From Mobula hypostoma (Eukaryota): 64,000 nt of DNA. Shown piece by piece: positions 40,756 to 50,399 of the stretch. The notes under the pieces are model-generated. The model did no database searches and was not told the origin of the DNA. It saw only the letters and a program-made list of their open reading frames with translations. A program made the translations under genes and the position numbers. Location: the NCBI RefSeq assembly GCF_963921235.1, contig NC_086106.1, positions 19,716,001 to 19,780,000 of the forward strand, given 5' to 3'. Numbering within the stretch: position 1 is the stretch's first letter; each line of letters starts with the position of its first letter.

Positions 40756-42144
40756 AGATTTCCTCGTGTTAACATTAGTGCATTGTTCTTTCCAACTAAC
40801 TGGAGAGTTTTGTGGAGATGGTCTTGCTGGTATCTTTGCAGTGCCTTGAGTTGGGAGTGCAACTGCAGCATAGTAATATGTACCTGCTGAGCAGCAAGCA
40901 ACAGGTCGGTCTCACAATGGAGCTAAGTGTGTTTCGAATAGAATAAAGTGGGGCTATACGTTAAATAATCTGACATAAGTAAGGTTGTTGGATGGTTTTA
41001 ATTTTTCAAAATCTCTTACTTTAGGAAAAAATTTCCATAAGACTGAAAAGTAGTAATGCAACTTCTTCATTCAAAAAGAGACCGGAAATGGAAAGCGACA
41101 GGTATAAACATCCGTCATTAGGAAAATGTTCACCAGCAAATAAAGTTTCCTTAAGTTACCGTCAACGCACTGTAGGCACGTCCAGTAAATTTGCTGAAAA
41201 CGCAAAAATCGTGCGGTGAATGGGGAATACGTCGAGATATGTGAGTGAATGTAAAGAAAACTGGCAAATTTATATCTAGAGCAGGAAATGTGAAATTGTT
41301 CATTTTGCCAGGGAAAAAAATTATAAAAGCATTTTATGCGTGTGATGACACTTTGCAGAACTTTGCGACGAAGAAGGATCTGGGTGACGTTGTGCATGAA
41401 TTGCAAAATTCAAATACTGTTTATAGCGGAGGTACAGCAATATCACTGAGATTTTAAATTGTTTCATGACATCCTGCACTCACGAAAGCTGCTGAGTGAG
41501 AGGGATAAGTTTTGACTTAATCTGTAGTTCAATCGGTATAGTTTATATTTGTCTGAGGATACAATACTCCACTGTCATCACCAGAGTGGGTAATTTTGAT
41601 TCAACTTGTCATCTCGCCCTGGAGTTTCCCGTCGTTATCGATCCGTCCGGGAGCACTGGGCCATCTAATTGATTGGGGAACGATCTGTTTGGCTTCTGTT
41701 CCTGAATTCCCCGCATGAATGCTCCCGCTCCGCTCACTGGCTAAAACAAATCGAAGACTTTTGTCACAGTGACGAGGCGAGACCCGGCCGGTACCCCCCG
41801 CTGTCAGGTTTCAAAAACAAATTATTTACTCTTATATAATCCTCTTTCCACCCAGGAAACTTCTGCTTCACATTGAATGTCACGCAGCTTCAAGATTATC
41901 AGGCGGTTGTTTTCTTCCGTTACTTCACTCCGTGATGCAGACTGATGATTTACGGTCTCTTTCAGGGGAACCTGTGCATCTCTCAGTGCCTTTCCCTCAC
42001 ACGGACTGTTGTGTGCATAGGGAAATGTGTATAAATTCCTCTCCCTCTGGGGTATCCGGCAGGGACTGAGTCTCTGAGGGACTTGGTTTATACTGATGAA
42101 TCGAGCAGAGTGTGACAGGTCTTTAATCTGGTCACTGCCGCCTG

Positions 42145-42278
42145 TTGCAAATCCTCAGGGAATTTGAAATCGCTGCTGGGGGCGGGGACCGGAAGCTGCG
42201 CCTCTAGTTTTAGTGGATGGTAATCTGTCCAAGTCGTGGCTCCCTCTCTCTCACTCACAGTCCAGGTCCCTATTTAAA
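42145..42278 (+). promoter_or_regulatory. Putative VH promoter
   Basis: TATTTAAA at 42271-78 (84 nt before the ATG), GC box GGGGCGGGG at 42179-87, Ets-type CCGGAAG at 42189-95 and near-octamer TTGCAAAT at 42145-52. Confidence 0.6.
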
Positions 42279-42361
42279 CAGCGCTCACTGCGGCTTCGAA
42301 CAAAGCCGGCCTGAAGCCGCCGACTTCTGGAGTGGCCAAGTCTGGCTCAGCGCACAAGACG

Positions 42362-42407
42362 ATGGGAGTCGTTCCTTATCTCTGTCTCTTTCTGTCCTGC
42401 CTAGCAG
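42362..42407 (+). CDS. IGHV: IgH V leader exon
   Basis: ATG...MGVVPYLCLFLSCLA G|GTGAAT. Phase-1 donor at 42408 and a 100-bp intron ending TTTTTTTCTTGTCAG at 42507. The spliced signal peptide is MGVVPYLCLFLSCLAGVRS. Confidence 0.93.
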
Positions 42408-42507
42408 GTGAATGTCCTAACGGCTTGTTCCCCGCCCGGGGCCGCTGTTTCTCGGAGACTCTTTGACCCTCTGCCCGCTGATCTCTTTTCTCTTTTTTTC
42501 TTGTCAG

Positions 42508-42824
42508 GTGTGAGGTCCGTCATCGTCCTGAATCAGCCCGTGTCAGCGATCGTTAAGCCCGGCGAGTCCCACAAATTAACCTGCGCAGTTGAAGGGTTCG
42601 ATCTCAAAAAGAAAAACGTTCACTGGGTTAGAATGGTCTCCGGGAAAGAGCTGGAGTGGCTGGCAATAGTATGGACGACAAATAAACCCGACTATGTGCC
42701 TGGACTCCGAGACCGACTCATCGCTTCCAAGAGAGGCAGATCAGTCTTTCTAGAAATAAAGGATCTGAAAGTCGAGGACACGGCAGTCTACTACTGTGCG
42801 AAAGATGGAGGAACTCCGGTCTAC
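42508..42824 (+). CDS. IGHV: Open VH exon fused in frame to D-like sequence (VD joined), IgW-like
   Basis: VIVLNQPVSAIVKPGESHKLTCAVEGFDLKKKNVHWVRMVSGKELEWLAIVWTTNKPDYVPGLRDRLIASKRGRSVFLEIKDLKVEDTAVYYCAK-DGGTPVY. Canonical C22, W36, LEW and D-x-A-x-Y-Y-C motifs. About 19 nt of extra sequence (42806-42824) precede the heptamer. Confidence 0.95.
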
Positions 42825-42852
42825 CACGGTGATGGGGAGCTGAACAGAAACT
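42825..42852 (+). promoter_or_regulatory. 12-spacer recombination signal sequence
   Basis: CACGGTG, 12 nt (ATGGGGAGCTGA), ACAGAAACT. Confidence 0.92.
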
Positions 42853-43188
42853 GGCCCCGACAAGGGAGCGTCTGCGGCGCAGTCTGTCTCCACGGATTCC
42901 GCATTGCTGCTTCCCAGAGTCAAATCCCTGAAGCCTTACCCGGACTGCTGGACGCAAATGTCAATTTCTGGACAATTAAAAGCCCAAAAAGGATTCGACT
43001 CTGATTCCGGGGAATGACGGGAGCCGGTCTCCACAGACAGGAAGATTGTGAAAATGCCTCTTTTATTCACACACCAGGAAGACACAAGGACAGAGTTTGG
43101 GGTGGAAATCCAGGAAGCGGCTGCTCCCGGTCCGGACAGGGATCATGTTGACATTTTGCTGAGATTATTGGACGTGACAGGCAAGTGA

Positions 43189-43227
43189 AGTTACTGCACT
43201 GGGTGAATGGGGAGACGGAGCACTGTG
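43189..43227 (-). promoter_or_regulatory. 23-spacer RSS of JH (perfect heptamer, degenerate nonamer)
   Basis: AGTTACTGC, 23 nt, CACTGTG immediately 5' of J. The nonamer matches 5/9 of GGTTTTTGT. Confidence 0.8.
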
Positions 43228-43275
43228 ACGATCTTCAAGTCTGGGGGAAGGGAACCTCGCTGACAGTGACTTCAG
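43228..43275 (+). CDS. IGHJ: JH segment
   Basis: AC GAT CTT CAA GTC TGG GGG AAG GGA ACC TCG CTG ACA GTG ACT TCA G|GTAAG, i.e. DLQVWGKGTSLTVTS, with the WGxG motif and a phase-1 donor. Confidence 0.95.
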
Positions 43276-43640
43276 GTAAGAAAAACTTTTCAATTCCACC
43301 CTCAGTTTTATTAATGCACGGTTTTTGCGAACTTGATGATTCACCTGAAATCAGTAAGGTATTTGGAACAATTGCATGAATTTTTCCGAGCCGATTAAGC
43401 CTTTGTGATGAGTGACTTCACTGGTTGATTCAGGTCCGGGATCTGATGCCGCACCCGCATTCAAGAAACAAAAAGAATATATAGAGAGCGCGATGGAAGA
43501 ACTCAGAAGGTCGGGCAGTATCTGTGGAAGCAAACAGCGTATGGCAGCGTGTCTGATAGCAGCCCCGCATCAGGATTGAGAGGGAACGGGAAAGGCAGCA
43601 GTCAGAGGGGTGGGATAGAGGCATTGGTCTGTGATGATTG

Positions 43641-44465
43641 TGTGACAAAAGAACCAGTTATCAGAAGATTGATGCCGATAAGAGGACAATGGGGGAACAT
43701 GCAAGGTGCTAATAAGAGAGAGACAAGAGAGATTACCGAAAGGAGACACGGTTCCGAGTATTGTCAGAGACCGGTGGCTTTGAACCCTGAACTGTTTGAA
43801 GTCTGATGGACAGGCGATACCCCAGTAGGGGGATAAAAAGGGACAGGTTCGCTAAGGCAACAGACACACGACACCACGAGGTAACGAGACCCTGGAAGCG
43901 GTGCGCCCTCGCAAGTTGCTGGAGTTTTTGAGGTCTGGTCGCGAGACCAGCCACAGGGTGGAAAGATACGGTCGGCCGGGAACCTGGTGTGTGTGTCCAC
44001 CCTTGCCTGGGTGCCGGGTTCACCGCAGAAGAACGATCGTATCTGGAACGGAGGGGTCACAGGCGGTGACCTCTGAAGACATTACAAAGGGCTCGCCCGA
44101 AAGCTAACTGCGAGGAATATCGAAGGTCTGTTTGGAAACCGATTTGCATATTAATTCGTTCTCTCTCTCTCTCTCTCCCCAACGACACGACGGCGATTAC
44201 TGCGAACTGAATTAAACTGAACTCTGTGTCACTTGATGGCTGATCATTTTACCCCTAGACTGCGATAGAGCTTGATTGATCCTATTATCCTAGTTCTGTG
44301 TACATGTGTGTTTTATCATTGCTAAACTGTTGCATTTATATCCTTTTGATTAGAGTACTGTGTTGCTTATTTCTTTAATAAAACTTTCTTAGTTCCAGTA
44401 ATCCAGACTCCAACTAAGTGGTCCATTTCTGCTGGTTTGGCAACCCAGTTACGGGGTATGTAACA
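43641..44465 (+). mobile_element. Solo LTR (825 bp) with 4-bp target-site duplication
   Basis: Termini TGTGACA...TGTAACA with ATTG on both sides (43637-40, 44466-69). TATA-like GATAAAAAG ~43832, AATAAA 44377-82, octamer ATTTGCAT 44142-49. Inserted in a Penelope-type fragment. Confidence 0.88.
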
Positions 44466-47428
44466 ATTGAAACTAGATGGGGAGGGAATAATAGATAAAT
44501 TGAACGGGGGGGGGAGAGATGGGAGTCTGAGGGGCAGATAAACTATGGGTGAGGAAAACTGGGTGGACGGGTGAGTGCAAAGGGAGAGCATTTGGGGGTG
44601 TGGGTTACCTGAAATTGGAAAATTCAGCGCATGTGTCATTGTGATCTAAATCAACCAAACAGAATGTGGGATTTTCCCCTGATTTGTGTTTGGCCTCCCT
44701 GTGGCAACAGAGAAAGCTGGAGACAGACAAGTCAGTGTGAGATTGGGTAGGAGAGTAGCCAGACGCTGGAGATACCTGTTAAAGTGCAGTTGAACCTGCT
44801 CCCTGTAAGTAACAGCAATGGAGATGTTCAATGTCACTGTATAGAGATCAGATCTGGATTAGGACTCTGGCTGAGGGAATGGCCAGCAAATGTATGACCT
44901 GCTTGATTCCTCAAGTACTGACATGAGTTAAACGCAGAAGAAAGCTCTCTCTATACTGTCCTGCTAGTGATGGATTGGGTATAAAGTTCCTCTGTACTGC
45001 CCGGTCACCGACAGGGCAAGGTCAGTACTGGGTGACGCTGTGTCCAGTCAGAGTGCAGAAGTGCTGTGGAGCTCGGTTTGTCACTGACTGAGCTGAGAGA
45101 AGCTGGAGGAGAGACAACTGTAGCTGATGGAGAAGTGGTGTTTATTCCAGGGAAGACGGCAATTCCTTGTATGTTACAAGCTGATGGCTGCAAAGTGAAA
45201 GTATTGAGGAGGCTGAACAGGCTGGAGGATCACCGAGATGGGGCTAGGTGGGGGATTATGTTCAAGGAGGTTAGGTTATGTTATATTCAGCAAGGTTATG
45301 CTGCAGATCTATAAACTATGGTTAGACCACATTTATTTTATCTATTGACATAGAGCATGGAATAGGCCTTTCCAGCCCTTTGAGCTGTGTCACTCAGCAA
45401 TCCGCTGATTTAATCTGAGTCGAATTATGGGACAATTTACAATGACCAATTAGCCTACCAACAGGTAGGTCTTTGGATTGTGGAAGGAAACTGGAGCACC
45501 CGGAGGAAACCACACGGTCACGGAGAATGTACAAAGTCCTTGCAGGCGGCAGCAGGAGTTAAACCTGGGTCACCTGTACTGTAAAGCGTTGTGCTAATCA
45601 CTAAGCTATGGTGCCGCCATTTGGAGTACAGTGTTCCATTCTGTTCCCTTCATTATAGGAAGGATGTGAAAGTTTTAGAGGGGTGCAGGGGAGGTTTACA
45701 AGGATGCTGCCTTGATTAGCATGTATATCTTATAAGGCTGAATTGTGTGAGCTCGAGCTTTATCTTTGGCATGAAAGAGGATGAGAGGTAACATAAGGTG
45801 ATAAAAGGTAAAGCTAGAGTGGACAGCCAGTGGCTTTATCCTAGGGTGGAAATGGCTAATAAAAGGGGGCATAATTTTAAAGTGATTGGAGGGAAGTATG
45901 AGTGGAGGGTTGTCAGTGGTTGACTTTTTTTACACAGTGTGGTGGGTGTGAGGGAGGCTCTGCCACAGGTGCTGGTAGAGGCAAATACATTAGCAACATT
46001 TAAGAGGTTCTTAGATAGGCACATGGATGAAAGAAAAGATGTGGAAGGAAGAGTCAGATTGATCTTAGAGTAGGTTAAAAAGTTGGAACAACATTGTGGG
46101 CTGAAGAGCATGAACTGTGCAGTACCATTCTATCTTCTATGTGCTAAGGCAAATTCTGTGGCTGTCCAAGTTTAACATCAGTGAACTCCCCGCCCCAACT
46201 GCCTGGGCCAAGGGCTGTCTGGATGCAGAAAGTTTTATTAACATTTCAGACTCGGACAAAGGGTAGACGGCTTCCAGCTGACCGAAGTGAAAAAGGGCTT
46301 GCAGTTGTGAAGAGCTAAGGCAGAAAGTTAGCACACAAACAGAACCATTAATCTGGACCTTCTCTCCCTCTTCCATCACAATTCACCTCTTTTTGTTGCT
46401 GCTTTGTATAGTTGTAATTCTGCCGGGGTGGGCGTAGTCTGTGGAACTGATGGGCACTCCATCCTTCCAGTAGCAGCAGCTGCATCTGTACCAGTGGTTC
46501 CATTACCATTCAGAATTCTCATCTCAATGCATGGGACAAAGACTTGCATTCACTTCTCTGTGACCATGAATAACCACATAACGAAAATGGCCGAGGTGGC
46601 TGGTCCTTTGACCACTGTTGAGCCCCCCACCCCCACCATGCAAGACATACATGAAGTTGAGACTCTGTCCCAAGCATTGTGAGTGGGGCCGACCCACTAT
46701 CGGAGCTCCTGGGACGTCACTGTGCAGTGGGTTATCATTTCCAATGCCCCACCCTTTGTTCCTGGTGAGCTCTGCCTCTGCTCACACCTCAGCCATCTGT
46801 AGCAGTGAGGTCAGGTGTCACCATAATCTCACTCAGTCTTCCAGAGAGCAGCTTCCACCATGCCTTCTCCTTCTGCTGCTAGTTGTTCATGCAGCTGATG
46901 TGAGAAGAGGACGTGGAAGTCATCATTATGTGCCATGTCGCATGATGTGGGTGATCATGGTCTTTGACCATGATAGTCCTTCAAATTTTTCTACAGAGTG
47001 CATAGCCATGGCCTTCTTCTGGGCAGTGTCTTTACAAGACAGGTGACCCCAGCCATTATCAATACACTTCAGAGATTGCAGTTGCATAAACAGGACTTCT
47101 CAATCAGTTAGTTGATTTGTGAAGTATCGTGTGCTTCTTGGAGTACAACATCAAGTACACATTAAACAAATACACTCACAGGTGTCATCGCTCTGTGAGC
47201 CATAGATCAACGGAATGAAGACCATCAGACTCGACCTTGAGGGATAGCCACGACAACGACGACGATATTACACCTGATTCTGATTCTGATACGGGATGGT
47301 GGTGTCTGACTCTAAGCCAGCTGCCATCGTTTTAGGTGTTCATATTGTGCGGTTAAATGTGTGTTTTTTGTCGAATTCAAGGATGACTCTTACTCATAAA
47401 AAGGGCTAAGAGAGTTGTAAAAGAGTGC

Positions 47429-50330
47429 CTGAAGGCTTTATGTGTCAATGCAAGGAGCATTCGTAATAAGGTGGATGAATTGAAAGTGCAGATTGTTATT
47501 AATGATTATGATATAGTTGGGATCACAGAGACATGGCTCCAGGGTGACCAGGGATGGGAGCTCAACGTTCAGGGATATTCAATATTCAGGAGGGATAGAC
47601 ACGAAGGAAGGGGAGGTGGGGTGGCGTTGCTGGTTAAAAAAGAGATTAACGCAATAGAAAGGAAGGACATAAGCCGGGAAGATGTGGAATCGATATGGGT
47701 AGAGCTGCGTAACACTAAGGGGCAGAAGACGCTGGTGGGAGTTGTGTACAGGCCACCTAACAGTAGTAGTGAGGTCGGAGATGGTATTAAACAGGAAATT
47801 AGAAATGTGTGCAATAAAGGAACAGCAGTTATAATGGGTGACTTCAATCTACATGTAGACTGGGTGAACCAAATTGGTAAAGGTGCTGAGGAAGAGGATT
47901 TCTTGGAATGTATGCGGGATGGTTTTTTGAACCAACATGTCGAGGAACCGACTAGAGAGCAGGCTATTCTGGACTGGGTTTTGAGCAATGAGGAAGGGTT
48001 AATTAGCGATCTTGTCGTGAGAGGCCCCTTGGGTAAGAGTGACCATAATATGGTGGAATTCTTCATTAACATGGAGAGTGACGTAGTTAATTCAGAAACA
48101 AAGGTTCTGAACTTAAAGAGGGGTAACTTTGAAGGTATGAGACATGAATTAGCTAAGATAGACTGGCAAATGACACTTCAAGGATTGACGGTGGATATGC
48201 AATGGCAGGCATTTAAAGGTTGCATGGATGAACTACAACAATTGTTCATCCCAGTTTGGCAAAAGAATAAATCAAGGAAGGTAGTGCACCCGTGGCTGAC
48301 AAGAGAAATTAGGGATAGTATCAATTCCAAAGAAGTAGCATACAAATTAGCCAGAGAAAGTGGCTCACCTGAGGACTGGGAGAAATTCAGAGTTCAGCAG
48401 AGGAGGACAAAGGGCTTAATTAGGAAGGGGAAAAAAGATTATGAGAGAAAACTGGCAGAGAACATAAAAACGGACTGTAAAAGCTTTTATAGATATGTAA
48501 AAAGGAAAAGACTGATAAAGACAAATGTAGGTCCCCTGCAAACAGAAACAGGTGAATTGATTATGGGGAGCAAGGACATGGCAGACCAATTGAATAATTA
48601 CTTTGGTTCTGTCTTCACTAAGGAGGACATAAATAATCTTCCAGAAATAGTAAGGGACAGAGGGTCCAGTGAGATGGAGGAACTGAGCGAAATACATGTT
48701 AGTAGGGAAGTGGTGTTAGGTAAATTGAAGGGATTGAAGGCAGATAAATCCCCAGGGCCAGATGGTCTGCATCCCAGAGTGCTTAAGGAAGTGGCCCAAG
48801 AAATAGTGGATGCATTAGTGATAATTTTTCAAAACTCGTTAGATTCTGGACTAGTTCCTGAGGATTGGAGGGTGGCTAATGTAACCCCACTTTTTAAAAA
48901 AGGAGGGAGAGAGAAACCGGGGAATTATAGGCCGGTTAGCCTAACGTCGGTGGTGGGGAAACTGCTGGAGTCAGTTATCAAGGATGTGATAACAGCACAT
49001 TTGGAAAGCGGTGAAATGATCGGACAAAGTCAGCATGGATTTGTGAAAGGAAAATCATGTCTGACGAATCTCATAGAATTTTTTGAGGATGTAACTAGTA
49101 GAGTGGATAGGGGAGAACCAGTGGATGTGGTATATTTGGATTTTCAAAAGGCTTTTGACAAGGTCCCACATAGGAGATTAGTGTGCAAACTTAAAGCACA
49201 CGGTATTGGGGGTAAGGTATTGGTGTGGGTGGAGAATTGGTTAGCAGACAGGAAGCAAAGAGTGGGAATAAACGGGACCTTTTCAGAATGGCAGGCGGTG
49301 ACTAGTGGGGTACCGCAAGGCTCAGTGCTGGGACCCCAGTTGTTTACAATATATATTAATGACTTGGATGAGGGAATTAAATGCAGCATCTCCAAGTTTG
49401 CGGATGACACGAAGCTGGGTGGCAGTGTTAGCAGTGAGGAGGATGCTAAGAGGATGCAGGGTGACTTGGATAGGTTGGGTGAGTGGGCAAACTCATGGCA
49501 GATGCAATTTAATGTGGATAAATGTGAAGTTATCCACTTTGGTGGCAAAAATAGGAAAACAGATTATTATCTGAATGGTGGCCGATTAGGAAAAGGGGAG
49601 GTGCAACGAGACCTGGGTGTCATTATACACCAGTCATTGAAAGTGGGCATGCAGGTACAGCAGGCGGTGAAAAAGGCGAACGGTATGCTGGCATTTATAG
49701 CGAGAGGATTCGAGTACAGGAGCAGGGAGGTACTACTGCAGTTGTACAAGGCCTTGGTGAGACCACACCTGGAGTATTGTGTGCAGTTTTGGTCCCCTAA
49801 TCTGAGGAAAGACATCTTTGCCATAGAGGGAGTACAAAGAAGGTTCACCAGATTGATTCCTGGGATGGCAGGTCTTTCATATGAAGAAAGACTGGATGAA
49901 CTGGGCTTGTACTCGTTGGAATTTAGAAGATTGAGGGGGGATCTGATTGAAACGTATAAGATCCTAAAGGGATTGGACAGGCTAGATGCAGGAAGATTGT
50001 TCCCGATGTTGGGGAGGTCTAGAACGAGGGGTCACAGTTTGAGGATAGAGGGGAAGCCTTTTAGGACCGAGGTTAGGAAAAACTTCTTCACACAGAGAGT
50101 GGTGAATCTGTGGAATTCTCTGCCACAGCAAACTGTTGAGGCCAGTTCATTAGCTATGTTTAAAAGGAAGTTAGATATGGCCCTTGTGGCTACAGGGGTC
50201 AGGGGGTATGGAGGGAAGGCTGGGTTCTGAGTTGGATGATCAGCCATGATCATAATAAATGGCGGTGCAGGCTCGAAGGGCCGAATGGCCTACTCCTGCA
50301 CCTATTTTCTATGTTTCTATGTTTCTATGT
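47429..50330 (+). mobile_element. CR1 LINE with uninterrupted ORF2 (APE endonuclease plus RT); ORF1 and 5' UTR absent
   Basis: The frame opens upstream of 47471 (LKALCVNARSIRNKVDEL...) and runs to TGA at 50228-30. Motifs GITETWL, VYRPP, MGDFN, SDHN, NYRPVSLTS, YLDFQKAFD, QGSVLGP and FADD. (TTTCTATG)n tail at ~50306-50330. Confidence 0.97.
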
Positions 50331-50399
50331 AAATGCTCATGAATGTAAGAGACTCGGTGTCAAAGGGTTTATTTCCTGTGTTTCTCTGCAAGATAGAGG

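Noticed and set aside
41071-41457. ORFs upstream of the V promoter
   Set aside because: The plus strand is a decayed CR1 RT remnant (…WQIYI…KCEIVHF…KDLGDVVHE); the minus ORF is its shadow.
41765-41771. Perfect CACAGTG upstream of the V promoter
   Set aside because: No nonamer at either spacing in either direction.
42408-43004. 198-aa ORF as a single-exon protein
   Set aside because: It begins at the GT of the leader intron and reads through the RSS; the real unit is spliced leader plus V.
43320-43358. GGTTTTTGC nonamer-like motif after JH (possible second J)
   Set aside because: No heptamer at 12 or 23 nt and no J-like coding sequence follows.
47569-50253. Several 70-170 aa minus-strand and alternate-frame ORFs
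   Set aside because: Shadows of CR1 ORF2; the same peptides recur opposite the copy at 229-933.
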